DNA of 64,000 nt. Source: Escherichia coli (GTDB lineage: Bacteria; Pseudomonadota; Gammaproteobacteria; Enterobacterales; Enterobacteriaceae). The stretch lies in the NCBI RefSeq assembly GCF_003790525.1, contig NZ_CP033636.1; one strand, given 5' to 3'. The position numbers and the translations under genes are program-made. Each line of letters opens with the position of its first letter. The first letter of the stretch is position 1. The notes below the pieces were generated by a model. It was not told the DNA's origin. It did no database searches and saw only the letters and a program-made list of their open reading frames with translations. Positions 30,968 through 41,176 of the stretch are shown here, piece by piece.

Positions 30968-31495
30968 TTAACGGAACCACTCAGGATGACGCTGCCGATC
31001 AACTTTGATAACCTGCGAATTAAATTCAACGACATCCGCTGGAGTAAGCATTAATTCATCAGGATTTACAATAAATGGTCTTAAAACCACTTCGCCACCG
31101 TCTTCTTTTGCACCGTAGATATTAATAAGAAAGTGCAGTCGTTGATTTCCTTCAGCATTGCGTTGCCATTCTCTAAAAGTCAAAGTTTGTTTAATATAGT
31201 TTGTTAAAAGAAATGCGAATTCAGATTCTTCCGTTTGTGAGATACCGATTTTGTTAGACATTTTTTTTAGTATCTTTCCGAGCATGGACACACAGGCATC
31301 TAGACTTAACGATGTTGAAATTTTGGTCGTATTAAAATCCTCCTGCGAAAGTGAAATCATCCATGTATTATCTTTATGATAGTCGGTAATATAAATAAAA
31401 TGAGATGTAAAAGGCGTTGAGTGATTGAACTCTCCTAAGTTCCATCCATACTGACTCACTGTATTTGAGCTAAGTTCTTTGTCGGTAATGTTCAT
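30968..31495 (-). CDS. hypothetical protein (175 aa)
   Basis: ORF with plausible SD; no motif recognised. Confidence 0.45.
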   Translation of the reverse strand: MNITDKELSSNTVSQYGWNLGEFNHSTPFTSHFIYITDYHKDNTWMISLSQEDFNTTKISTSLSLDACVSMLGKILKKMSNKIGISQTEESEFAFLLTNYIKQTLTFREWQRNAEGNQRLHFLINIYGAKEDGGEVVLRPFIVNPDELMLTPADVVEFNSQVIKVDRQRHPEWFR

Positions 31496-31661
31496 AATTC
31501 ATACCTTTCGATAAAGTCTGTAATGATAATTAGCTATCTCAAAGGACCAGAACAACTCTTGAAATAACCACACTCGAAGAATTTATCATATTGAACACCC
31601 CTACCTAATAACCTTGCCGACTTAATAAATCACAATAGCCCTCCCCTGACATTTTAAAATG

Positions 31662-32048
31662 CTACTTGAATTTTTGATAGCTTATGGTTGTTTTATGTTC
31701 TTTGTGATACGCATATGTCATCTTCTCTTTCCAGTACCAATCTTGTAGATCCTGCAAGTCTAGCCCATTTTTCTCACGTATGCTTTCGTGTAATTCGCTA
31801 AGCGCGAGTTTATCATTAGGTTTATAAATGGCTAATTTTTCTTCAAATAAATCCAGCCAACGTTTCCCCATCTTACGACGCAAAACAAACACCATCGTGA
31901 TAAATGTAATGAAATGCACAGCAATTAGTTCCAACTTATGCGATTGCTGACCAGATAAAATTACTATTGTAACAACAGGGATGGCCGTATATAAAGCAAT
32001 CAAAGCGACCATAAGTTGGTATGGTTTTTCCCGTATTACCATGTTCAT
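31662..32048 (-). CDS. hypothetical membrane protein (128 aa)
   Basis: Two hydrophobic helices; start lies 41 bp from the Tn1721 IR so promoter may be displaced. Confidence 0.4.
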   Translation of the reverse strand: MNMVIREKPYQLMVALIALYTAIPVVTIVILSGQQSHKLELIAVHFITFITMVFVLRRKMGKRWLDLFEEKLAIYKPNDKLALSELHESIREKNGLDLQDLQDWYWKEKMTYAYHKEHKTTISYQKFK

Positions 32049-32088
32049 GGGTAAACCAGAGGACGCTACTGCTTGCCAAAATCTTAAA

Positions 32089-32126
32089 GGGGAGCCCGCA
32101 GAATTCGGAAAAAATCGTACGCTAAG
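32089..32126 (+). repeat. Tn1721 38-bp terminal inverted repeat
   Basis: GGGGAGCCCGCAGAATTCGGAAAAAATCGTACGCTAAG. Confidence 0.9.
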
Positions 32127-33942
32127 GTTTTCCGGGCATCCGTAAGGGCCGAAACTTCCCGTCTTCCAGTCTGCGGCTCTGCCGCCAGACGTAATCGCCG
32201 GTTAGGTTGATGTGCTCCCAGCCCAGCGGCGACAGGAATTGCAGCAGCTCGCCGTCCACCGGCTTGCCGGCCTCGACCAACCCCTGGGTGGCGCGTTCCA
32301 GGTACACCGTGTTCCACAGCACGATAGCCGCCGTCACCAGGTTGAGGCCGCTGGCCCGGTAGCGCTGCTGCTCGAAGCTCCGATCCCTGATTTCCCCAAG
32401 GCGGTTGAAGAACACCGCCCTGGCCAGCGAGTTGCGCGCCTCACCTTTGTTCAGGCCGGCATGCACGCGGCGGCGCAGTTCAACACTTTGCAGCCAGTCC
32501 AGGATGAACAGCGTGCGCTCGATCCGGCCCAGCTCGCGCAGGGCCACGGCCAGTCCGTTCTGGCGCGGGTAGCTGCCGAGCTTGCGCAGCATCAGCGAGG
32601 CGGTGACGGTGCCCTGCTTGATCGAGCTGGCCAGGCGCAGGATGTCGTCCCAGTGGGCACGCACGTGCTTGATGTTCAGGGTGCCGCCGATCAGCGGGCG
32701 CAACGTCGGGTAGGCTTGCACGCCCTGCGGCACGTACAGCTTGGTTTCGCCGAGGTCGCGGATGCGCGGCGCGAAGCGGAAGCCTAGCAGGTGCATCAGG
32801 GCAAAGACGTGATCGGTGAAGCCGGCCGTGTCGGTGTAGTGCTCCTCGATCCGCAGGTCGGACTCGTGGTACAGCAGGCCGTCGAGCACATAGGTGGAAT
32901 CGCGGACGCCGACATTCACCACGCGGGTGCTGAACGGCGCGTACTGGTCGGAGATATGGGTATAGAACAGCCGTCCCGGCTCGCTACCGTACTTCGGGTT
33001 GACGTGCCCGGTGCTCTCGCCCCGGCCACCCGCGCGGAAGCGCTGGCCATCGGAGGATGAGGTCGTGCCGTCGCCCCAGTGGGCGGCAAAGGCGTGGCGA
33101 TACTGGTGGTTGACCAGCTCGGCCAAGGCCGCCGAATAGGTTTCGTCGCGGATGTGCCAGGCTTGCAGCCAGGACAGCTTGGCGTAGGTCAGGCCGGGGC
33201 TCGACTCGGCCATCTTGGTCAGCCCGAGGTTGATCGCATCACCGAGGATTGCGGACAGCAGCAACGTCCTGTCTTTGGCCTCGGCCCCGTCCTTCAAGTG
33301 GGTGAAGTGGCGGCTGAAGCCCGTCCAGTCGTCCACGTCCATCAGCAGTTCGGTGATCTTGATGCGCGGCAGTAACTGGCTGGTTTGGTCGATCAGCGCC
33401 TGCGCCCGATCCGGCACCGCCGCATCCAGCGGGGTGATTTTCAGCCCTGACTCGGTGAGGATGGCATCGGGCAGCTCGTTGTCCTTGGCCAGGCGGGTGA
33501 CGGTGGCCAACTGCTCGTCCAGCAGCTGCAAACGCTCTTCCAGGTACTGGTCGCTGTTCGGGTTGATCGCCAGGGGCAGGGCCTGCTCGCGCTTGAGTGC
33601 GGCGAACTTCTCGGCCGGCAGCAGGTAGTCGTCGAAGTCGCGGAACTGCCGCGAGCCCTTGACCCAGATGTCGCCGGAGCGCAGGGCGTTCTTCAGCTCG
33701 GACAGGGCGCAGATTTCGTAGAATTTCCGGTCGAGGCCTTCCGGGGTGATCACCAGCGGCTTCCAGCGCGGCTTGATGAAGGCCGTGGGTGCATCGGCCG
33801 GCACCTTGCGCAGGTTGTCGGCGTTCATCTCACGCAGGGTCTGCACGGCTGCCAGCACGCCTTGCGCGGCCGGCCCGTGCTGTTCCCCAACTTTTCGCTC
33901 GGCGAAGAGTATGAACATGCGCCGCCGGCGACGAATCGCCAA
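32122..33942 (-). pseudogene. tnpA: Tn1721 truncated transposase gene (tnpA', C-terminal ~585 codons)
   Basis: ...[74 protein letters not shown]... to ...[36 protein letters not shown]; N-terminal half absent. Confidence 0.85.
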
Positions 33943-34269
33943 ATCTCACCGTATCTCCCGAGCGGACGATTTCGCACCGGTCTGCCCGTCGAAGGGCTTG
34001 CGATCGAACGGGGCGACCTTTTCTATGCATGTCCGCGAGCCAGCGTCTTTTATGGCACGGCGCTCGACGCCGACCTTCGGACGCGCGGCGTAAGCACGCT
34101 TGTCATGGCCGGGATAAGCACCACCGGCGTTGTTCTTTCAAGCGTCGCCTGGGCTAGTGATGCGGACTACGACGTGCGTTTGGTCCAGGACTGCTGCTAC
34201 GACCCGGATCGGGATGCCCACGAAGCTCTGTTGCGTTCCGGGTTCGGCGGACGTGTACAGGTCGTGTAA
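33862..34269 (+). pseudogene. isochorismatase-family hydrolase fragment (Tn1721 tet module)
   Basis: ...YACPRASVFYGTALDADLRTRGVSTLVMAGISTTGVVLSSVAWASDADYDVRLVQDCCYDPD... resembles C-terminus of isochorismatase-like proteins; 5' end overlaps tnpA' junction. Confidence 0.4.
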
Positions 34270-34406
34270 TTTTCGGGCCTCGCATGATCGCGGCCATAGC
34301 CGCAGGTGGATTGGTGCGAGGCAGGGCCAGTCCAAGTCAGGGTGCGGTCATCGCGGCGCCTGCAACTCTCAAAAACCCATCGCCGTAGCGGAGGTCTTGT
34401 AATCGC

Positions 34407-35291
34407 ATGTCATTACGCACGCCCGATTTATTGTTCACAGCGATAGCACCTGCCATTTGGGGCAGCACCTACATTGTCACCACCCAATACCTGCCGAACT
34501 TCTCACCGATGACGGTCGCGATGCTGCGGGCGTTGCCGGCGGGTTTATTGCTCGTGATGATCGTCCGACAGATTCCAACGGGAATCTGGTGGATGCGCAT
34601 CTTCATCCTCGGCGCACTTAATATTTCGCTATTCTGGAGCTTGTTGTTTATTTCGGTCTACCGCCTGCCGGGCGGGGTCGCGGCGACGGTAGGCGCTGTG
34701 CAGCCGCTGATGGTCGTGTTCATCTCTGCCGCTCTGCTAGGTAGCCCGATACGATTGATGGCGGTCCTGGGGGCTATTTGCGGAACTGCGGGCGTGGCGC
34801 TGTTGGTGTTGACACCAAACGCAGCGCTAGATCCTGTCGGCGTCGCAGCGGGCCTGGCGGGGGCGGTTTCCATGGCGTTCGGAACCGTGCTGACCCGCAA
34901 GTGGCAACCTCCCGTGCCTCTGCTCACCTTTACCGCCTGGCAACTGGCGGCCGGAGGACTTCTGCTCGTTCCAGTAGCTTTAGTGTTTGATCCGCCAATC
35001 CCGATGCCTACAGGAACCAATGTTCTCGGCCTGGCGTGGCTCGGCCTGATCGGAGCGGGTTTAACCTACTTCCTTTGGTTCCGGGGGATCTCGCGACTCG
35101 AACCTACAGTTGTTTCCTTACTGGGCTTTCTCAGCCCGGGGACCGCCGTGTTGCTAGGATGGTTGTTCTTGGATCAGACGCTGAGTGCGCTTCAAATCAT
35201 CGGCGTCCTGCTCGTGATCGGGAGTATCTGGCTGGGCCAACGTTCCAACCGCACTCCTAGGGCGCGTATAGCTTGCCGGAAGTCGCCTTGA
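34407..35291 (+). CDS. pecM: PecM-like EamA/DMT family transporter
   Basis: 294-aa multi-TM protein in the expected position of the Tn1721 tet module. Confidence 0.8.
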   Translation: MSLRTPDLLFTAIAPAIWGSTYIVTTQYLPNFSPMTVAMLRALPAGLLLVMIVRQIPTGIWWMRIFILGALNISLFWSLLFISVYRLPGGVAATVGAVQPLMVVFISAALLGSPIRLMAVLGAICGTAGVALLVLTPNAALDPVGVAAGLAGAVSMAFGTVLTRKWQPPVPLLTFTAWQLAAGGLLLVPVALVFDPPIPMPTGTNVLGLAWLGLIGAGLTYFLWFRGISRLEPTVVSLLGFLSPGTAVLLGWLFLDQTLSALQIIGVLLVIGSIWLGQRSNRTPRARIACRKSP

Positions 35292-35322
35292 CCCGCATGG
35301 CATAGGCCTATCGTTTCCACGA

Positions 35323-36522
35323 TCAGCGATCGGCTCGTTGCCCTGCGCCGCTCCAAAGCCCGCGACGCAGCGCCGGCAGGCAGAGCAAGTAGAGGGCAGC
35401 GCCTGCAATCCATGCCCACCCGTTCCACGTTGTTATAGAAGCCGCATAGATCGCCGTGAAGAGGAGGGGTCCGACGATCGAGGTCAGGCTGGTGAGCGCC
35501 GCCAGTGAGCCTTGCAGCTGCCCCTGACGTTCCTCATCCACCTGCCTGGACAACATTGCTTGCAGCGCCGGCATTCCGATGCCACCCGAAGCAAGCAGGA
35601 CCATGATCGGGAACGCCATCCATCCCCGTGTCGCGAAGGCAAGCAGGATGTAGCCTGTGCCGTCGGCAATCATTCCGAGCATGAGTGCCCGCCTTTCGCC
35701 GAGCCGGGCGGCTACAGGGCCGGTGATCATTGCCTGGGCGAGTGAATGCAGAATGCCAAATGCGGCAAGCGAAATGCCGATCGTGGTCGCGTCCCAGTGA
35801 AAGCGATCCTCGCCGAAAATGACCCAAAGCGCGGCCGGCACCTGTCCGACAAGTTGCATGATGAAGAAGACCGCCATCAGGGCGGCGGCGACGGTCATGC
35901 CCCGGGCCCACCGGAACGAAGCGAGCGGGTTGAGAGCCTCCCGGCGTAACGGCCGGCGTTCGCCTTTGTGCGACTCCGGCAAAAGGAAACAGCCCGTCAG
36001 GAAATTGAGGCCGTTCAAGGCTGCCGCGGCGAAGAACGGAGCGTGGGGGGAGAAACCGCCCATCAGCCCACCGAGCACAGGTCCCGCGACCATCCCGAAC
36101 CCGAAACAGGCGCTCATGAAGCCGAAGTGCCGCGCGCGCTCATCGCCATCAGTGATATCGGCAATATAAGCGCCGGCTACCGCCCCAGTCGCCCCGGTGA
36201 TGCCGGCCACGATCCGCCCGATATAGAGAACCCAAAGGAAAGGCGTCGTCGCCATGATGGCGTAGTCGACAGCAGCGCCGGCCAGCGAGACGAGCAAGAC
36301 CGGCCGCCGCCCGAAACGATCCGACAGCGCGCCCAGCACAGGTGCGCAGGCAAATTGCATCAACGCATACAGCGCCAGCAGAATGCCATAGTGGGCGGTG
36401 ACGTCGTTCGAGTGAACCAGATCGCGCAGGAGGCCCGGCAGCACCGGCATAATCAGGCCGATGCCGACAGCGTCGAGCGCGACAGTGCTCAGAATTACGA
36501 TCAGGGGTCTGTTGGGTTTCAC
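35323..36522 (-). CDS. tet(A): tetracycline efflux MFS transporter Tet(A), GTG start
   Basis: 399-aa VKPNRPLIVILSTVALDAVGIGLIMPVLPGLLRDLVHSNDVTAHYGILLALYALMQF...LWSGAGQRADR. Confidence 0.95.
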   Translation of the reverse strand: MKPNRPLIVILSTVALDAVGIGLIMPVLPGLLRDLVHSNDVTAHYGILLALYALMQFACAPVLGALSDRFGRRPVLLVSLAGAAVDYAIMATTPFLWVLYIGRIVAGITGATGAVAGAYIADITDGDERARHFGFMSACFGFGMVAGPVLGGLMGGFSPHAPFFAAAALNGLNFLTGCFLLPESHKGERRPLRREALNPLASFRWARGMTVAAALMAVFFIMQLVGQVPAALWVIFGEDRFHWDATTIGISLAAFGILHSLAQAMITGPVAARLGERRALMLGMIADGTGYILLAFATRGWMAFPIMVLLASGGIGMPALQAMLSRQVDEERQGQLQGSLAALTSLTSIVGPLLFTAIYAASITTWNGWAWIAGAALYLLCLPALRRGLWSGAGQRADR

Positions 36523-36627
36523 GTCTGGCCTCCGGACCAGCCTCCGCTGGTCCGATTGAACGCGCGGATTCTTTATCACTGATAAGTTGGTGGACATATT
36601 ATGTTTATCAGTGATAAAGTGTCAAGC

Positions 36628-37278
36628 ATGACAAAGTTGCAGCCGAATACAGTGATCCGTGCCGCCCTGGACCTGTTGAACGAGGTCGGCGTAGACGGTC
36701 TGACGACACGCAAACTGGCGGAACGGTTGGGGGTTCAGCAGCCGGCGCTTTACTGGCACTTCAGGAACAAGCGGGCGCTGCTCGACGCACTGGCCGAAGC
36801 CATGCTGGCGGAGAATCATACGCATTCGGTGCCGAGAGCCGACGACGACTGGCGCTCATTTCTGATCGGGAATGCCCGCAGCTTCAGGCAGGCGCTGCTC
36901 GCCTACCGCGATGGCGCGCGCATCCATGCCGGCACGCGACCGGGCGCACCGCAGATGGAAACGGCCGACGCGCAGCTTCGCTTCCTCTGCGAGGCGGGTT
37001 TTTCGGCCGGGGACGCCGTCAATGCGCTGATGACAATCAGCTACTTCACTGTTGGGGCCGTGCTTGAGGAGCAGGCCGGCGACAGCGATGCCGGCGAGCG
37101 CGGCGGCACCGTTGAACAGGCTCCGCTCTCGCCGCTGTTGCGGGCCGCGATAGACGCCTTCGACGAAGCCGATCCGGACGCAGCGTTCGAGCAGGGACTC
37201 GCGGTGATTGTCGATGGATTGGCGAAAAGGAGGCTCGTTGTCAGGAACGTTGAAGGACCGAGAAAGGGTGACGATTGA
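36628..37278 (+). CDS. tetR(A): tetracycline repressor TetR(A)
   Basis: MTKLQPNTVIRAALDLLNEVGVDGLTTRKLAERLGVQQPALYWHFRNKRALLDALAEAMLAENHTHSVP...; divergent from tet(A). Confidence 0.95.
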   Translation: MTKLQPNTVIRAALDLLNEVGVDGLTTRKLAERLGVQQPALYWHFRNKRALLDALAEAMLAENHTHSVPRADDDWRSFLIGNARSFRQALLAYRDGARIHAGTRPGAPQMETADAQLRFLCEAGFSAGDAVNALMTISYFTVGAVLEEQAGDSDAGERGGTVEQAPLSPLLRAAIDAFDEADPDAAFEQGLAVIVDGLAKRRLVVRNVEGPRKGDD

Positions 37279-37669
37279 TCAGGACCGCTGCCGGAGCGCA
37301 ACCCACTCACTACAGCAGAGCCATGTAGACAACATCCCCTCCCCCTTTCCACCGCGTCAGACGCCCGTAGCAGCCCGCTACGGGCTTTTTCATGCCCTGC
37401 CCTAGCGTCCAAGCCTCACGGCCGCGCTCGGCCTCTCTGGCGGCCTTCTGGCGCTCCTGCTGCGGCGTCCGCTCGTGGGCCGTGGCGCGGGTCCGCGCGC
37501 CGGCCTCGTGCGCCTGGCGCTCGCGGGCGAGGTCCAGGGCGGCCGTCTTCACGTTCTGCCTTGCGCAGATGAGATAGGAGAGCATGAAAAACCTCGGGGC
37601 AGCCATCGAATGATGCCATCTACAGGGGTTAAAATAACCACCATCATTTCATAACAATACCTGCTGACT

Positions 37670-38260
37670 ATGAAGATCTACGTCATCAAAATAGCAGTTC
37701 ATGGAGTCAGTCCGATGGTCTGGCGTCGGCTGAGAATTGCTGCCGACACGTCACTGGCCGCGCTTCACTTCATTTTCCAGATAGTGCAGGGCTGGGGGGA
37801 CGACCATCTCCATCAATTTCACATTTATGGCAAAGATTACGGTATCTCCTACGAAGGAGGCATCGGTTTTGTCGATAATCCGTTCCGGGTCGTGATTGAT
37901 GATTTTGCTTTTGATGCTGGCGATCGCTTTACCTATGAATACAATTTCTTTGAGCACTGGCTTCATGACATTCGTGTTGAGGCCATTTATGAAAACTCTA
38001 CGCTGAAAGCGCCGTTTTGTATAAGCGGCCATGGTATGCCCGGAGCCACAGCTGCGGATGAGTTCGATAAAACCCTGGCGTTTCTTGAAGCTATCGTTAA
38101 TGCGGATGATGAAACAACGGTCGGCGAGATCCGCCCTTTTGCTGACGACCTGGATGCTGTCAGGTTCAACCGCCACAAAATCAACCGGCAACTGAGCAGG
38201 CTCGACCTTGCATCTCCGGTACTGGAGCCTGAAGTTATCTGGCTGGGCCGTCGTCGCTGA
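37670..38260 (+). CDS. plasmid pRiA4b ORF-3-like protein
   Basis: MKIYVIKIAVHGVSPMVWRRLRIAADTSLAALHFIFQIVQGWGDDHLHQF... matches the remembered IYQLKITL...PIWRR...LH..IQ...GW...HLH.F signature. Confidence 0.55.
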   Translation: MKIYVIKIAVHGVSPMVWRRLRIAADTSLAALHFIFQIVQGWGDDHLHQFHIYGKDYGISYEGGIGFVDNPFRVVIDDFAFDAGDRFTYEYNFFEHWLHDIRVEAIYENSTLKAPFCISGHGMPGATAADEFDKTLAFLEAIVNADDETTVGEIRPFADDLDAVRFNRHKINRQLSRLDLASPVLEPEVIWLGRRR

Positions 38261-38396
38261 CTGATGTCTATAAAGGTATACGTTTTCAGCATGCCTCTCA
38301 GATCCCCGAAAAAATGTCTATAAACCTCCCTAAATCAGTGTTTATGGATTATTCTTTAAATCTCTATGATGTTTAAAGACCTTCCGGAGGTTTTGC

Positions 38397-38969
38397 GTGC
38401 AATATGCCTACATCAGGGTAAGCTCGGCCGATCAGAATACGGCCCGTCAGGAAGAGGCATTGTCAAAGGCGGGTTTTCAGCCTGATAAAATTTGTGTTGA
38501 GCATGCCAGCGCGAAGGACACAAACCGCCCGGGGTTACAGGAACTCCTGGGGCAATTACGCCCTGGTGATACGCTTCTGGTTCATTCCATCGATCGCCTT
38601 TGCCGGAATATGTCGGATATGTGCGCTGTCACCACCCGGCTTCGTGACCAGGGCGTTACCCTTATTTTTCTGAAAGAGCAGCTGACGTTCAGCGCCGGCA
38701 CAAACAATCCGATGCAGGAACTGCAGCTGCACATGATGTCGGCATTCAGCCAGTTTGAACGAGCCTTACTGAAGGAAAGGCAGGCCGACGGCATCGCCGC
38801 GAAAAAAGCACGGGGTGAAAAAACAGGGCGCCCCGGCGCCGATATCAAAAAGATCCAGGAAATTGACGCACTCAGAAGCAGAGGGGTCAGGCTCAGGATC
38901 GCCTGCGACCATGCGGGCCTTGGCGTTTCCACATATTATAAGCTTCGTCACCAGATGAACAACCAGTAG
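38397..38969 (+). CDS. serine recombinase / resolvase
   Basis: MQYAYIRVSSADQNTARQEEALSKAGFQPDKICVEHASAKDTNRPGLQELLGQLRPGDTLLVHSIDRLCR...; upstream direct repeats ATGTCTATAAA x2 (res-like). Confidence 0.8.
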   Translation: MQYAYIRVSSADQNTARQEEALSKAGFQPDKICVEHASAKDTNRPGLQELLGQLRPGDTLLVHSIDRLCRNMSDMCAVTTRLRDQGVTLIFLKEQLTFSAGTNNPMQELQLHMMSAFSQFERALLKERQADGIAAKKARGEKTGRPGADIKKIQEIDALRSRGVRLRIACDHAGLGVSTYYKLRHQMNNQ

Positions 38970-39002
38970 CCGGGAGATAGTCATCCACCACAGCAGGAGG
39001 CA

Positions 39003-40397
39003 ATGATGCAACTGACGCTCCAGATAGTCATCACCGATGAATCAGGCTCCAGTCGAACGGAGGAACTGATGACAATCCAGAAATCAGGGGAGACCCGGAA
39101 CGACATCGGATTATCGGTGTCAGAATCCAAGCTGTTGCTGAATACGGTCCAGCAGTCGGTGGTCCAGCTGCAGGCAGACGAATATACTCAACACCATATC
39201 CGGTGCCCTCACTGCCTTGCTGCGCGCAGAATCAAAGGCAAACAGAAAATACGGTACCGGACGCTGTTTGGCGTTATTCCGGTATCCGGGCTTCGGGTGT
39301 ACCGGTGCCGTTGTGAAGAGAGTGATACAAAGACAGTCAGTTTGCTCAGCGACTGGGCCGGCGATTATTCTCACCCGGCACTGAAATATATTGAAACCCG
39401 CTGGGCCTCGATGATCTCCTATGAAATGACGACTCGTCTGCTGAAAGATATTCTGCCGGTGGGCCACAGCCTGAATGCCTCAACGGTGAGGAATCATTTA
39501 TGCCAGGTGGCGCAGCGTCTTGACGCTGAGGCTGAAGCTCATTCAGGTTTTCTTTCCGGCTGCCCCCGCGACTGGGGGAACCTGCCCAGGCCAGGAAAAC
39601 CGCTTGTGGTGGGTATAGATGGTGGTTATGTTCGCGATCGGGATGACAAAAAGCGTAATTTTGAAATTATTGCCGGGAAGTCTTTTTCCGTTGGTGCGCC
39701 TGCTGACACCCGCCGCTTCGGTTTTGTTCAGAAGGATGACTGTCATCCGGAACGCAGGCTCATGACCCACCTTTCAGCGCAGGGAATGCAGGCCAACCAG
39801 CAGATATTTTTTCTGTCCGACGGCGCGGATAATCTCAGGGACCTCCAGTTCGGTATGTACCCTGAGTCAACGCATGTGCTGGACTGGTTTCATATCACCA
39901 TGAGGCTGAAGGTGCTCATGCAATATGCCCGGGGACTGCTGGTATCAGATCCAGAGGCGGGGAGTAAAGTTCTGGCACTGCTGGAAAGCATTAAACGATA
40001 TCTCTGGCATGGCAATGTTGTCGCTGCGCTGGAACATATTGATAATTGCGTTATGTATTGCGATGACCCTGAACTCAGCTATCCTAGCCTGAAATCCCTG
40101 CAAAAACATCTGGATGAAATGTATACCTACATCCGGAATAATAAGATGATGATCCCAAACTACGGCGAAATGCGTCGGTACGGAGAGCCGGTATCAACCG
40201 CGTTTGTGGAATCCACGATCAATGAAGTGATCGCCAGACGAATGGCCAAAAAGCAGCAGATGCAGTGGAGCAGAAAAGGGGCTCATTATTTGTTACAGAC
40301 CCGGACCGCCGTTTTGAATAACGAACTGCAGGATAAATTTGTCTGCTGGTATCCGGGTTTTCAAAGTGACGGGAAGGGACCAGCGATGGCAGCATAG
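39003..40397 (+). CDS. DDE transposase, ISKra4-family-like (possibly ISKpn19-like element)
   Basis: 464-aa protein with CPHC...C.C zinc-finger-like N-terminal segment and large catalytic domain; family assignment from memory, unverified. Confidence 0.5.
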   Translation: MMQLTLQIVITDESGSSRTEELMTIQKSGETRNDIGLSVSESKLLLNTVQQSVVQLQADEYTQHHIRCPHCLAARRIKGKQKIRYRTLFGVIPVSGLRVYRCRCEESDTKTVSLLSDWAGDYSHPALKYIETRWASMISYEMTTRLLKDILPVGHSLNASTVRNHLCQVAQRLDAEAEAHSGFLSGCPRDWGNLPRPGKPLVVGIDGGYVRDRDDKKRNFEIIAGKSFSVGAPADTRRFGFVQKDDCHPERRLMTHLSAQGMQANQQIFFLSDGADNLRDLQFGMYPESTHVLDWFHITMRLKVLMQYARGLLVSDPEAGSKVLALLESIKRYLWHGNVVAALEHIDNCVMYCDDPELSYPSLKSLQKHLDEMYTYIRNNKMMIPNYGEMRRYGEPVSTAFVESTINEVIARRMAKKQQMQWSRKGAHYLLQTRTAVLNNELQDKFVCWYPGFQSDGKGPAMAA

Positions 40398-40420
40398 CTC
40401 ACGCTGCCCCAATATTTTTT

Positions 40421-40858
40421 ATGCTCTCGGTCGTATGGAAGCTGGACCGCCTCGGTCGTGATCTTCGTCATCTCATTAATACAGTGCACGACCTGACCGC
40501 GAGGGGGACCGGTCTGAAAGTGCTGACCGGTCACGGGGCGACTATCGACACAACAACGGCCGCTGGCAAGCTTGTCTTCGGTATCTTTGCCGCACTGGCG
40601 GAGTTTGAGCGCGAACTGATTGCTGAAAGAACGACTGCAGGTCTGGCATCAGCAAGAGCCCGTGGGCGGAACGGCGGCCGACCTTATAAAATGACGCCAG
40701 TCAAACTGCGACTGGCAATGGCATCAATGGGACAATCAGAAACAAAGGTCAGTACGCTATGCCAGGAACTTGGGATAACCCGGCAAACTTTGTACAGGCA
40801 TATTTCCCCTGTTGGTCAACTGCGGGCGGACGGGATCAAGCTGCTCAACCGTGGATAA
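40421..40858 (+). pseudogene. tnpR: Tn3-family resolvase gene fragment (C-terminal two-thirds)
   Basis: Begins at ...[67 protein letters not shown]...; lacks N-terminal catalytic serine region. Confidence 0.7.
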
Positions 40859-40908
40859 TTTGAACGGACGGAAAAATCTGGGGTTCCGGCGTAGTACCCC
40901 TATCACCT

Positions 40909-40928
40909 CCACATTTTTGCAACAGTGC
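40909..40928 (+). repeat. orphan IS6-family (IS26-like) terminal repeat
   Basis: CACATTTTTGCAACAGTGCC, ending in the exact 14-bp IS26 IR TTTGCAACAGTGCC with diverged subterminal sequence; no adjacent IS body. Confidence 0.4.
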
Positions 40929-41176
40929 CTTATAAATGGCAGCCTTATGTTTACTTGCCAAGATGGGCTACCATATGATGTTTTATACTGAGCAATATTA
41001 ATATTATCTTTAATGGAAAAATTAAGCCCACTAAGTGACCCACTGCTATATGGCTCTATTGTGAAGACGCCTGAGGGTAAAAATTTATACATGGTTGTCC
41101 CTATGTCTATTATTGCAAGGTTGACAATATTATTCGTTTTATAAATTTGAGCGTTTAAAATCACACATCAAAGCAA

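Noticed and set aside
20145-32088. Possible CRISPR array or tandem repeat array in the AT-rich island
   Set aside because: Scanned the island intergenic regions for regularly spaced direct repeats; found only isolated palindromes, no repeat-spacer periodicity.
32212-33628. ORFs of 89-191 aa on the plus strand inside the Tn1721 tnpA' region
   Set aside because: High-GC antisense frames inside a clear transposase coding sequence; Ala/Arg/Gly-rich composition typical of spurious GC-rich ORFs.
35484-36582. ORFs of 61-204 aa overlapping tet(A) on either strand
   Set aside because: Entirely nested in the tet(A) coding sequence and Arg/Pro/Gly-rich; repeated identically in the tet(A) fragment, as expected for frame artefacts.
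37310-37619. Arg/Ala-rich ORFs of 61-123 aa just downstream of tetR(A)
   Set aside because: GC-rich, low-complexity, overlapping on both strands; look like non-coding spacer of the Tn1721 tet module.
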